IMG/VR virus record: IMGVR_UViG_3300043409_001318
Location: 96,001-160,000 of that record
Reading direction: 5' to 3' (one strand)
DNA from: a virus
Length of the DNA: 64,000 nt
Shown here one piece after another: positions 31,229 through 41,755 of this stretch. Below the pieces are notes generated by a model. The model ran no database searches. It was given only the letters and a program-made list of their open reading frames with translations, and had not been told where the DNA came from. The position numbers were made by a program, and so were the translations under genes. Every line of letters begins with the position of its first letter. Position 1 is the stretch's first letter.

Positions 31229-34078
31229 ATGAGCATAACAATACCAAGTCAAAGTATGTGGCCTTTAGATGGAAGATTAAACTATAACGCTCCTTCCACA
31301 ACTGGTTCTACTGGTGGCGAAGGTATACTCCAAAATAATTATTCTTTTCTTACTGGTTCTGTATTATCTAATTTTACTTCATCAATAAGTTATATTTATA
31401 AACATTCTATACAATCACAGGCAAGCGTTAAATCAAAATCTGGTATCTCACATATTATTACTAGTAGTACCTCTATACCAACTTCATCATTATATATAAA
31501 CACAGCAAATTGGGATGTAGCAAACCAAGCAGGAAAAGGTCCATATTACGATAATTATGAATCTTGGTTAGGTGTTTCAAAATATGCTACAAAAGAGTAT
31601 AGTATATTACCAGAATATAAGATTAGTGATGCCGGATTGAGAGTTTATAATGATAATACTTTAGATTTAACATCTGGTGATGATTACTTCTTAAGTTTGA
31701 CGGGAGCCTTATATTCTTCTTCAATTGAAACAAATTTTTATGAAACGTTCGCTCACTCAGACAATAATGAAAAATTATTAAAGATAGTAACTGATATTCC
31801 AAATAGCACAGGTAAAATTGATATTGATATTTCAGCACTAATAAAATTTAATCCATATGAAGGTTTTTATCCAGCAGAAAGAACAGTTCAATTAGCAACA
31901 TTATTTTCTTCTTCTTATGCTGATAAGTTTTTCTACTCTAAAAGCGGAACAAGAGTTACAAGTTCGGCAGATAAAAAAGCATTATTAGGTAAAGCAATAC
32001 AACCATTTTATGCACCCGGAATTATGTTTAATACAATTAAATCTGGTATTGCTGTTGATTACCCTTTAATAAGTTCGTCAATTACTAGTGATAGAAGAAT
32101 ATACACAACTGTAGATACAAGTAATTGGGTAATCACGAACAATAGATTTGATTATAGATTACCATTTGAAGCAATAATTTATCCAGAACAATATTATGAT
32201 AGAGCAGTTGATATGAACCCAAATCCATCAGCAAGTTTTGGTTATACTTCATCTTTAAATGGAAACTTTACTGCTGATTATTATTCTACTGCTGTTAACA
32301 ACTTTCTTGGTGAGGTAGAAGACTTCTTTGTAAATAAAGATAATTCTACTATAGAAATTATTCCAAACACACTTGGATTAAGTTTTGGAGGCGATACATC
32401 AAAAGTTAATATTTCTCAAAATAAATTAGGTAAACAATATTCTGCTTTATTAAAATTATATAAAACAACAGACGAGACTGTAAGATTAACAACTAATTTC
32501 ACACCATTTAATACCTCGTCCGCTCCAACTCCACAAACGTTTGAAGAAGAAAGTATAACTATGTATTCTCTTCCAACTGCTTTTGGACCTCCTTGTGGTG
32601 GTGGAATACTAAATACTAATGATAGTGCCACCAATTCAAGCGGTACTATAGATACATTAAACGGTTATAATGCTCCATTTACACCTCCTTATTATGACGG
32701 AGAAGCTTGGGCTTTTATAGATTTTACACCAACAAGAGCAGATACTTATACTATGGATGAAATTTTTAATTCATCCAGCATAACTTATTTAAGATATGAA
32801 TTTAATTCTGCCAGCATTAATGATGGGTTTGGTTATGAATATGGAGATAGTGAAACCAAAAACGAACCTCATGGTTGGGATAATATTAACGAAAATGCCA
32901 TGCAACTTAATGCTTCAGTTAACATAACAGCAACTCCAACTTCTTGGTTGATAAGTCCTAAATTTGAAACTCCAATATTAAATTTTAATCCTGCTTATAC
33001 GGGATATCAAATGAATACAGGTTCAGTAGATGATACTCCCGGTGTAAGTATGATGCCAAGAGGTATGTGGCATCAATATGGGGTAAAACCATCAGTAGAT
33101 CAAGGTATTTTTTTAAAGATTGGAGATATACCAGAAAGTTATAAAAAATATGGTAGTAGAAGTTCTTTAAGAGTTACTGGAACCGTTTATGCTAATCCGT
33201 CATTAACTGGTTCCCTTCTAACAGATATATTTAGATTTGATGGTGATAAGAATATGAAATTAGGTAAAGTAAAAGATTTTAAAGATGTAGCTGAAGCAAT
33301 TGTAGCTATACCGTTTACAATCAAAAATAATAAAAGAGAATTTTTTGTAATACCACTACATTATCAATATCCAGAAAAAGTAAAATTTGAAGGTTTTGTT
33401 GGAACAGATAGAACTAATGATCCAGTATATGGTCCATACAATATTTCTGGTGAAACAATAAGATTGTATAATGATTGTTTAAATCTAATTAATAGACAAA
33501 AAACTTATATGAAAAAATATAATTTACCACCTCATTTTGATAGTTCAAAGTATTTAAATGTACCAAAATATTTAATGTTTTTTGCTGAGTTTAACGAGGC
33601 ATTAAATCAACAAGACTTAATTGATTTGTGGCAAAATATACTTCCATCTATTGGTGTTTCTGATTCATTAAAAATAAAATCAAATACAATATCAGATATA
33701 CCTATTCAATTATTTAATGATAAAGTTAAATATGCTTTAGAACCAGTAATTGAAACTGGAAATGTTAGGACAACTACCGAAGACGGGGATACTTTAAATA
33801 CGTCAGATTCACAAGTTGTTGGAAGTACCGAATCTGAATTTATACAAGGTGATGATGATCTTATCAATTATACAATACTTGATAAGATTGAAAATCTACA
33901 GTGGTTATTTTTTAAAGTAAAACAAAATTCAACAACACTTATTAAACAATCATCAAATGCAAGCGCAAACAGTATTCCATTATCGTATCCTAATCCAACA
34001 AATATTTATCACAATTGGCCTTACGATCAATTTTCTTTAATAGAGAGCGCAAAGATTAAAATTAAATACAAGAACTAA
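31229..34078 (+). CDS. Large Ser/Thr-rich virion protein, possibly the continuation of the upstream giant protein
   Basis: 949 aa; same composition; one base out of frame with the upstream ORF. Confidence 0.55.
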   Translation: MSITIPSQSMWPLDGRLNYNAPSTTGSTGGEGILQNNYSFLTGSVLSNFTSSISYIYKHSIQSQASVKSKSGISHIITSSTSIPTSSLYINTANWDVANQAGKGPYYDNYESWLGVSKYATKEYSILPEYKISDAGLRVYNDNTLDLTSGDDYFLSLTGALYSSSIETNFYETFAHSDNNEKLLKIVTDIPNSTGKIDIDISALIKFNPYEGFYPAERTVQLATLFSSSYADKFFYSKSGTRVTSSADKKALLGKAIQPFYAPGIMFNTIKSGIAVDYPLISSSITSDRRIYTTVDTSNWVITNNRFDYRLPFEAIIYPEQYYDRAVDMNPNPSASFGYTSSLNGNFTADYYSTAVNNFLGEVEDFFVNKDNSTIEIIPNTLGLSFGGDTSKVNISQNKLGKQYSALLKLYKTTDETVRLTTNFTPFNTSSAPTPQTFEEESITMYSLPTAFGPPCGGGILNTNDSATNSSGTIDTLNGYNAPFTPPYYDGEAWAFIDFTPTRADTYTMDEIFNSSSITYLRYEFNSASINDGFGYEYGDSETKNEPHGWDNINENAMQLNASVNITATPTSWLISPKFETPILNFNPAYTGYQMNTGSVDDTPGVSMMPRGMWHQYGVKPSVDQGIFLKIGDIPESYKKYGSRSSLRVTGTVYANPSLTGSLLTDIFRFDGDKNMKLGKVKDFKDVAEAIVAIPFTIKNNKREFFVIPLHYQYPEKVKFEGFVGTDRTNDPVYGPYNISGETIRLYNDCLNLINRQKTYMKKYNLPPHFDSSKYLNVPKYLMFFAEFNEALNQQDLIDLWQNILPSIGVSDSLKIKSNTISDIPIQLFNDKVKYALEPVIETGNVRTTTEDGDTLNTSDSQVVGSTESEFIQGDDDLINYTILDKIENLQWLFFKVKQNSTTLIKQSSNASANSIPLSYPNPTNIYHNWPYDQFSLIESAKIKIKYKN

Positions 34079-34081
34079 TTA
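34075..34081 (+). promoter_or_regulatory. CTAWWTA motif (CTAATTA)
   Basis: Overlaps a stop codon; 17 nt before ATG 34099. Confidence 0.4.
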
Positions 34082-34098
34082 CAGAGTAGGAAACATAT

Positions 34099-35154
34099 AT
34101 GTCATTTCTTAACTCCAAAGAAGAAGTCCTTGATATTCAACTAACTCCGTATGGAAAGTTTCTTTATTCACAAGGCAAATTAAAACCTACTTACTATACT
34201 TTCTTTGATGATGATATTATATATGATAATCAATACGCATCTGTTACAGAATCACAAAACAGTATAGAACCAAGAATTCAAGAAGAAACACCTTATAATA
34301 TGTGTCTTGCTAACAACTTTCCAGCAGAGACAAACTTAAGAAAAAGTTTTGATGTTATAAATCCAAATATAGATAATCAACTCTTTACCTTTACTAAAAT
34401 ATTAGGAACATCGGATTTAGATTTGAATTATGGTGCTTCTTGGGATGTAAAATTAATCAAAGGAAGTATCACTAATTTTAGTTCAAATTTTACAGGCTCC
34501 AATCAACAATCTATTAATGTTCCTCAATTAAACACACCTGTTATATATGAAACTTCTATCAACAAAGTTTTGGTTAGTAGAACAAGTGACAGAGTTCCTA
34601 TAACACCAGAAGATTATGCAGCAGCAGAATTGGGTGCTGGTATGGTTGACGATACAACAACTAATTTAGAAAGCATTATACAAAAAGCAAGAGAAAATAA
34701 TAATTACAACACTTTTAATATGTCTGGTAGATTTGAAGATGGTACTGCTGTGTTAGTTGAGGAAAAATCTGTTATTATTGATATATCAGAGAAAAATACT
34801 CAACTAATAAGTGATATGTATGAAATAGAAGTATTTAGATACGATAAGGATTCTTCTGGTAATGATTTATTAACAAAATTGTTTTTTAAACACAAAAAAC
34901 CAACGATAGTGAATAATATTCTTTTAGACGATCAACAACAAAATGACATAGAAATTACAAGAGACTTTGTTGAATATTACTTTAATGTATTTGTAGATAA
35001 TGAAATAGATAATCAAGTTGTTTGCGATTATATCCAACCAACACAGAAAGGAAGAAATACTATGGTTACTATTGTTTCTTGCGACGAAACAACGTCCCAG
35101 CAAATAACCAATAGCCTTTATAACACTAATGCTAAGGCTAGGGGGATTTGTTGA
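34099..35154 (+). CDS. Baseplate/collar-associated protein (N-terminal paralog of 40825..41739)
   Basis: EVLDIQLTPYGK...FFDDDIIY. Confidence 0.55.
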   Translation: MSFLNSKEEVLDIQLTPYGKFLYSQGKLKPTYYTFFDDDIIYDNQYASVTESQNSIEPRIQEETPYNMCLANNFPAETNLRKSFDVINPNIDNQLFTFTKILGTSDLDLNYGASWDVKLIKGSITNFSSNFTGSNQQSINVPQLNTPVIYETSINKVLVSRTSDRVPITPEDYAAAELGAGMVDDTTTNLESIIQKARENNNYNTFNMSGRFEDGTAVLVEEKSVIIDISEKNTQLISDMYEIEVFRYDKDSSGNDLLTKLFFKHKKPTIVNNILLDDQQQNDIEITRDFVEYYFNVFVDNEIDNQVVCDYIQPTQKGRNTMVTIVSCDETTSQQITNSLYNTNAKARGIC

Positions 35155-37922
35155 TGTTTGCACCAGAAATAGTAATCAAAAATGCTGTTATTGAAGGTGG
35201 CGGAAAACGTGTAGAAGTTTCAAATCCTCACATAGCCAGCGAACAAGAGGGTAGTATATCGACCGATTCTGGTTTATACACTGTAACATTAAATTTTTCT
35301 GTTATCGATCAATATAATGATAGTGGTCTTGGATCTTGGATTGAAAGTGAAGATGTTAGAAAGTATATTAAATTTTTAATTAAATTTAATCCAGTACAAA
35401 ATCCAATAGAATTTGAACCATTATTTGAAAATGAAGAATTAGTTTCGTTACCAGATTATATCAAAAATATTGATATACAAAATTTTTTAGTCACTAATTC
35501 AAACGGAACTCGACAATATCAATATCCTATTGTTTATGAATTACCAGCATTTTCTAAAACAGTTTTAAACCAAAAAATTGAACTATATTCCTATTTTGAT
35601 TTAAAGCAGTATGTTTTAGATCAAGGATTATCTAATTCTGGTATTCTTAATGAGTTTGGTGCTACCGTACAAACAATACAGGTTATACAAAATGGAGAAA
35701 TATTAAATTCTCCAAATATTATAAACAACGTGATAATTGAAGATATAGAAAAACTACAAATCAATTTGTCTTTTGTTGATTCTTTTGAGAAAAATATAGT
35801 ATCTATAATTGAAACAGATACAAATAAAAATAAAGATATATCTGTTTATGTTACTGATTTATTTATAAGTAAAAATGAGGATAATACACATTCTTTCTTG
35901 TTTGGTATTGATAAAAAGAAAATTATACAAACTAAAACGCAATTAGGAAATTATATAACTGCTGTTTCTAATGAACCTCAATTACAAACAACGATAAATG
36001 ATAACATTATAATTAATAAAATATATGTTACCAAAAGACAAGTTAAAAAAGTAAAATCATTTAGTAAACTTGGTAATGTAGATAATGATTATACTGCTTA
36101 TGATGATACACCAAATGTCTTATTTATTTTAGATGGTTCAAATAAAACAAGAATATCTAATAATTCTGCTTATGATTTTTACTCTTTTACAGATACTTCG
36201 ATAAGTAATGATAACTCTATATTTCAGTATACTCTAACAATACAATTACAAGATTCTTTTAAGGAATCTTTGGTAGCGTTACAAACCACTTTATCAAACA
36301 ACATTACAATTTTAGAACAATACTATAATCAAATATCAATACCTTTTATAAATTCTAAAACTATAGATAATAGAAATCCTCACATAGACAGTTCTTCAGA
36401 AAGTTTTGGTATTACTAATATATTTGGATATTATGATATACAAACAAATACATTTAAAAACAATGCTGTGTCTTTAGTTCCTTCTAGTCTTTTAGAGATA
36501 GTTACCAATTTTTCAGTATTGTATTTCTTTATATCAGCAATAAATAAGAGTGATTTAGATACTGCATTTGTTTATTTAAACTCGACAAGATTAATATCTT
36601 CTTTACAAAAAAGTTTATCAGTATCAACTTCTTCATTATATACAATTAAAAAAACAATTGAAATAATGAAAAACTTTGCTTCAACTGTAGAAAGAATATT
36701 AGATATTCAATTAGTAGATGTACAGCCAGAACGTGAGGGTTCACAAACTATAAAGATTGGCACCAACGCTACAGAAATTATAGATTTAACTTATGTTTTT
36801 AATAACGTTGTAGAAAACACATATTATAATAATTTTAAAGAAAACAAAATATTAATTGTTGAACCATCACAAGAAGTAAATAATTTTCCAATAGTAACAA
36901 CTTCTAAATTAGGTTCGTTGTTTAGAGATACGGAAACTAAACAAATTTATTTTCCAATATTAGGATTAAATATACATAAACTTTTTGGACAGGATACTTC
37001 AATTGGACAAGTTACTGGAATTGATAGCAAAGAATCAAGATTATTGATAACATATTTAAATAATTTAATGTCTTATTTGCAAGAAAAAGATTTAAATATT
37101 AAAAATAATAATACGGATGAAGCAAGCAATAAAATTGTTTTTGCGAACACTGTTAAGTATTTAGATTATAAAACTTTAATAGGTGATTTATTATCACAAA
37201 ATGGTGTAGAGATATTATCATTTAAACAAGATTTACTACAAGAGAAACTTACAAGTTCACCTAATGAAGTTTATACAGCTAGAGATCCTTTGGCTTACTC
37301 TCCTACTACTCCTAGAGATTACCCATTATCATCTAATAATCTTTTTAATTCTTCACAGCAAGACAATTCCTCAAGAGATGAATCCGTGACTAGATTATTA
37401 AATTATATATTGTCTAAATTAAATCTTGGTAATAATGTAGTGAGCCGCGACGTAGGCCCCCTCCGTGTTGAACCAGCCGGTGAAAAGTTTGCTAAATTAG
37501 ATAATGAAGCAGCAAGTGACTTGATTAATAAATTTATACCAAATTATAATATTCAATATTTAAATAATTTTGGAGAAAATATTAAAGATTATACTTGGAC
37601 TAATTTTAATAATATAACATTTTCTATTTTTCCGTTAAGAACAAGTCTTTTATGTAGACTAAAACCAATCATAAGCAACGACCAAACAATTGAATTAAAA
37701 AATGTTATAGATAAGTTGCAGGTTCCTTATATGTACTTTATACTAGTTAAAGATAGTAACGAATACAATAATCAAACTCCTTCTGTTACAATACCATTAA
37801 TTAATACAACACGACTAACATTAAGTGCTTCTGTTCTTTCACAAGGAAGATTTACTAGCAATCAAACACAAAGATTTGAACCTAATAGAAGTAGAAGAAT
37901 TATAAAGATTAGGACAAAATAA
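35154..37922 (+). CDS. Large hypothetical virion protein
   Basis: About 922 aa from ATG 35154 (TGATG overlap); NPHI motif occurs twice. Confidence 0.55.
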   Translation: MFAPEIVIKNAVIEGGGKRVEVSNPHIASEQEGSISTDSGLYTVTLNFSVIDQYNDSGLGSWIESEDVRKYIKFLIKFNPVQNPIEFEPLFENEELVSLPDYIKNIDIQNFLVTNSNGTRQYQYPIVYELPAFSKTVLNQKIELYSYFDLKQYVLDQGLSNSGILNEFGATVQTIQVIQNGEILNSPNIINNVIIEDIEKLQINLSFVDSFEKNIVSIIETDTNKNKDISVYVTDLFISKNEDNTHSFLFGIDKKKIIQTKTQLGNYITAVSNEPQLQTTINDNIIINKIYVTKRQVKKVKSFSKLGNVDNDYTAYDDTPNVLFILDGSNKTRISNNSAYDFYSFTDTSISNDNSIFQYTLTIQLQDSFKESLVALQTTLSNNITILEQYYNQISIPFINSKTIDNRNPHIDSSSESFGITNIFGYYDIQTNTFKNNAVSLVPSSLLEIVTNFSVLYFFISAINKSDLDTAFVYLNSTRLISSLQKSLSVSTSSLYTIKKTIEIMKNFASTVERILDIQLVDVQPEREGSQTIKIGTNATEIIDLTYVFNNVVENTYYNNFKENKILIVEPSQEVNNFPIVTTSKLGSLFRDTETKQIYFPILGLNIHKLFGQDTSIGQVTGIDSKESRLLITYLNNLMSYLQEKDLNIKNNNTDEASNKIVFANTVKYLDYKTLIGDLLSQNGVEILSFKQDLLQEKLTSSPNEVYTARDPLAYSPTTPRDYPLSSNNLFNSSQQDNSSRDESVTRLLNYILSKLNLGNNVVSRDVGPLRVEPAGEKFAKLDNEAASDLINKFIPNYNIQYLNNFGENIKDYTWTNFNNITFSIFPLRTSLLCRLKPIISNDQTIELKNVIDKLQVPYMYFILVKDSNEYNNQTPSVTIPLINTTRLTLSASVLSQGRFTSNQTQRFEPNRSRRIIKIRTK

Positions 37923-38333
37923 ATGAGTTATTCAATATCAAAAAAAAATTATATTATAAATGCTGTTTCTTATGGGAGAAACAGAACTCAAAGAGGTTCA
38001 ACAGATTTTGGTATTTATGAACCATCCAGTGAATCCGATGGTGCTGAACCTTCCTTCCCAACTAGAGCATTAGAGGGACCACAAGTTACATTTGGTGAGG
38101 ATGTTTCTCGCGGATCTGGCTTCGGTGTGGCTATTGATTCTCCCGATGATCCTCCAATTTCATTTGGAGGTGGAGGCGTAATTAGAACTGGTGATGATGC
38201 CTTCATGGGGGTTAACACAAATTTAGGAGGAGGAGTAGAGTTACAAGGTTCTAATGCGAACTCTCCGTTTAATGAGGCATTAAATGATGCGCTATTTAAT
38301 AATAGAACGGGCGGTGGTCGTGGTAACCTCTAA
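37923..38333 (+). CDS. Gly-rich hypothetical protein
   Basis: 136 aa; abuts the upstream stop in frame. Confidence 0.5.
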   Translation: MSYSISKKNYIINAVSYGRNRTQRGSTDFGIYEPSSESDGAEPSFPTRALEGPQVTFGEDVSRGSGFGVAIDSPDDPPISFGGGGVIRTGDDAFMGVNTNLGGGVELQGSNANSPFNEALNDALFNNRTGGGRGNL

Positions 38334-38424
38334 CACAACGAAATTTATAATTTTTAAAAGCGTTAGAGAAGGAAAAAAGATGAAATTAATTACATTATTA
38401 TTTTTGAGAAAGGAATAGAAATTA

Positions 38425-40788
38425 ATGGCTACATTATCAGAAATAGCAAAAAAAGTTGTAGAGATAGGAGGAACTAGTGTAGTCGATCCTTTACGTTCTG
38501 TTCTTGGAAAATATAAAACTGTAGATGAAAATGAAGTTTTTGTTTCCTTAGAAGCTACAGATCTTTGTTCTAAACTTTTTAGAGTAGAATTCTTAACTAG
38601 CGAAACACTTTATAATTCTTCCTCAATACCTTCAATATTTAATAATATTCATGGTTATAATGCTAATAAACAACAATTACAAATAACTTTTGATACAGTA
38701 ATAATAAGAGAATTTCTTACATCAATTGGTGTTGAAAATGTTACATCAACTTTAATTAATGAATTTAAAACTTTATTAAAAGATAATATACTTGCAAAAA
38801 TATTTATCGTAAATCTTGATCCCCGCGATGCGACCTTCGGTACTCGAATGGGAAAATTATTTGAAGAATATTCATTTGATTATGGTACTCCATTTTCTTT
38901 AATAGAGCAACAAGCATATAATTTTGGATTAGCAGATTACTATGATATAAATTCAAACTATAATTTTTATGAAAAATCCTTTGAACAAGCAATAGAAAAT
39001 GTTGATGAAAGAATAATACCAAATCTTTATTTATCTCAACAAGAAACAGGTTCATTTGGAGAACAACATACAAGGTTAAAGTATACTGATGGATTTGCTG
39101 GAGCAGGTTATTACGTTTCATCAAATACCGTAGATAATGGTTTTTATTTTGATTCGTGGGCAGATAATGTTAGTAGTATACTTGCTGGTTCTTCAATAAA
39201 CGACTACCAGAAATTATTTATACCAGCAACTTATCTTGGTATAAATAAAAATTTCTCTTTTATTGCTGACACAGATAACAATAGGGAAGATTTTCCTATC
39301 TATAATAAAATAGAATTTACAACCGATTCTGGTGAACTTGGAATAAATACAATATTAAATGAATCAAATATAAATTGTTCTTTTATAAATACATCATTAA
39401 AAGAAGGATTAGGAACTATATTTACACTTGGAAGAGGAACATTAGGTGGAGAAATTGTTGGAAATTATAGTATAGTTAAAAATTCTTCCATATCTTTTGA
39501 CGAAAATAATAATCCAATAATACAATATTCTTATCAAAATAATCGTTTTATTGGATTAGAACTTGATTTTCAAAACATCTTATCATCTTCAATCTTCACA
39601 GGGCAACCACCATCAACAGGCTCCATTCCACTAATATCATATTTAGATCCTTGTGATGATTCAAACACTGATATTTTTTCTAAAAATTTAACTTATATTT
39701 TATCCAAGTTAAAAATAAATAATATAGCCAATTCAAATTATAGAATTTATAAACAAATATTTGATGGTGAATTAGCACAGAACGAAACATTAATTTATAT
39801 TGTTAAAAAAATTACAACTTCAAATCAAGTTCAAGGTTTTATATTTTTAAATCCATTAGAAGCAAGAAACTTTGTTTATTATGATACACAAGTAAAGTAC
39901 GGACAAAAATATAAATATGAAGTTGACGCTTACCAAGTTGTTATTGGAACAAACTATACTTTTGATAATTTTCAAGATAGATCTAATGGGTTTGAAATAG
40001 ACTGTATTAGTATCCCGTCATTAAAACTCGTACAGACCAAGTATTGTGAAAAAGAAATAGTAAATGCGGATTCTCCTCCAATTCCTTTGGATATTATGTT
40101 TGTTCCTTATTTTGGTATAAACAATAAAATATCAATTTATATGAATTCACAAGTTGGAAGACAACATACAGAACCTGTTATAATTTTAGATCAAGATCAA
40201 CAAAGTTTTGATAACAACAGAGAAGCACAAGGAATTGAAACAGGACCAATATTGTTTGAGTCGGAAGACCCAGCATCACTATTTCAAATTATGAGATTAG
40301 AGAATAAACCAACTTCATATCAAGATTTTAAAGATTCTTTAATAACAAACATATATGTATTAGAAAATTCTTTCTCTAATACATATTTAGATATATTAGA
40401 ACCAAATAAAACTTATTATTATATATTTAGAACTAAAGACGTTCATTCAAATGTATCAAACCCAACACCTGTTTATCAATTAACTTTAAGAGATGATGGT
40501 GGTGCAGTTTATCCAGAAATAGAAGTTTTATATAATTTTGATGTTGAAGTAGAAAAAGATGCTTTTAAAGCAGCAAGAAAATATATACATTTATCACCAT
40601 CTATAACACAAACATCAATTGAAATTGGGGAAGAAGCAGAAAGCGCAAATAACTTGGAACAATTAAAACTTGGTTACGCAAATGATCCAGTATGGGGTAA
40701 ACAATTTAAAGTAAGAGTTCGTTCAAAATCTACAGGAAAATTAGTTGATTTTAATGTAACGTTTACAAATAAAGAAATAAGAGAATAA
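38425..40788 (+). CDS. Virion protein with FN3/Ig-like C-terminal segments
   Basis: YYDTQVKYGQKYKYEV and YLDILEPNKTYYYIFRTKD patterns; AAGGA upstream. Confidence 0.55.
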   Translation: MATLSEIAKKVVEIGGTSVVDPLRSVLGKYKTVDENEVFVSLEATDLCSKLFRVEFLTSETLYNSSSIPSIFNNIHGYNANKQQLQITFDTVIIREFLTSIGVENVTSTLINEFKTLLKDNILAKIFIVNLDPRDATFGTRMGKLFEEYSFDYGTPFSLIEQQAYNFGLADYYDINSNYNFYEKSFEQAIENVDERIIPNLYLSQQETGSFGEQHTRLKYTDGFAGAGYYVSSNTVDNGFYFDSWADNVSSILAGSSINDYQKLFIPATYLGINKNFSFIADTDNNREDFPIYNKIEFTTDSGELGINTILNESNINCSFINTSLKEGLGTIFTLGRGTLGGEIVGNYSIVKNSSISFDENNNPIIQYSYQNNRFIGLELDFQNILSSSIFTGQPPSTGSIPLISYLDPCDDSNTDIFSKNLTYILSKLKINNIANSNYRIYKQIFDGELAQNETLIYIVKKITTSNQVQGFIFLNPLEARNFVYYDTQVKYGQKYKYEVDAYQVVIGTNYTFDNFQDRSNGFEIDCISIPSLKLVQTKYCEKEIVNADSPPIPLDIMFVPYFGINNKISIYMNSQVGRQHTEPVIILDQDQQSFDNNREAQGIETGPILFESEDPASLFQIMRLENKPTSYQDFKDSLITNIYVLENSFSNTYLDILEPNKTYYYIFRTKDVHSNVSNPTPVYQLTLRDDGGAVYPEIEVLYNFDVEVEKDAFKAARKYIHLSPSITQTSIEIGEEAESANNLEQLKLGYANDPVWGKQFKVRVRSKSTGKLVDFNVTFTNKEIRE

Positions 40789-40801
40789 TTAAACTAGTAC
40801 A

Positions 40802-40808
40802 CTATTTA
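40802..40808 (+). promoter_or_regulatory. CTAWWTA motif (CTATTTA)
   Basis: Intergenic, followed by GAGG and ATG 40825. Confidence 0.5.
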
Positions 40809-40824
40809 TGAAAGAGGTATTAAA

Positions 40825-41739
40825 ATGGGTTTCTTAGATAATAGCGGCGATATAATACTTGACGCAGTTTTAACAGATACTGGAAGAGCAAGATTAGCTA
40901 GAGCAGATGGTTCTTTCCAAATAACTAAATTTGCTCTTGGCGATGATGAAATCAATTATGGTTCATATAACAAAAATCATCCATCTGGTTCTGCTTATTA
41001 TGATTTAGATATTTTACAGACACCTGTTTTTGAAGCGTTTACAAACAATTCATCAGTATTAAAATTTAAACTTCAATCTATTTCAAGAACAAATTTGCTT
41101 TATTTACCAATTATTAAAATTGATACTAATAATGCTGGTTTAAATGGTACTAGTAATTCTTATATTGTTGCTGTTGATACTGATTCGGTAGACGATTTAG
41201 AACCAAACTCAGCCGCAGGTATTGGTATCTTAAATGGCGTATCACCATTTACTGGAAAGCATATAAGAGTTGACCAAGGATTGGATACAAGTGAAATTTC
41301 ACCAGAATTTACAATTGACTCTGATCTAAAAGAAACACAATATTTAATTGAAATTGATAATAGATTTGGAAGTATTTTTTCTACGGATGATTCTACTGCT
41401 GCATCTTTATCTTATATAGATGATGATAATGTTGCTAGTTATTATTTATCTGACACAGACACCAAATTTGTCCAACTAATTACGGAAACAACCTCTGGAG
41501 GGTCAGTAATAGCAGGTCCAAGAGGAACTTATCTCAAATTTAAAATTAGATCATCAATTGAATTAAATAGTAGTACATTTTTGTTTACCCAATTAGGAAC
41601 TTCTAATGTGAACGGAACTAGTATTGCAACTACTGGTAGTGGAACTTATTATGTTATAAATACAATTATAAGAATAACAGGTGTAACAACAGGATATTCC
41701 ATTAACATTCCAGTAAAATTTGTAAAGAAACAAACATAA
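40825..41739 (+). CDS. Tail-collar/baseplate protein (DUF3751-like N-terminal motif)
   Basis: ILDAVLTDTGRARLA...ITKFALGDDEINY. Confidence 0.55.
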   Translation: MGFLDNSGDIILDAVLTDTGRARLARADGSFQITKFALGDDEINYGSYNKNHPSGSAYYDLDILQTPVFEAFTNNSSVLKFKLQSISRTNLLYLPIIKIDTNNAGLNGTSNSYIVAVDTDSVDDLEPNSAAGIGILNGVSPFTGKHIRVDQGLDTSEISPEFTIDSDLKETQYLIEIDNRFGSIFSTDDSTAASLSYIDDDNVASYYLSDTDTKFVQLITETTSGGSVIAGPRGTYLKFKIRSSIELNSSTFLFTQLGTSNVNGTSIATTGSGTYYVINTIIRITGVTTGYSINIPVKFVKKQT

Positions 41740-41755
41740 GAAAGGATTAACTTAA

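Noticed and set aside
37920-37925. In-frame TAA-ATG junction as a read-through site
   Set aside because: The same TAAATG packing occurs at 5086, 7002 and 8284 between clearly separate genes, so it is ordinary coupling.
38328-38418. 7-bp inverted repeat (CTCTAAC/GTTAGAG), a TATAAT hexamer and a 12-codon ORF at 38380
   Set aside because: Long AT-rich loop, no -35 at proper spacing and no conservation evidence; compatible with chance in AT-rich DNA.
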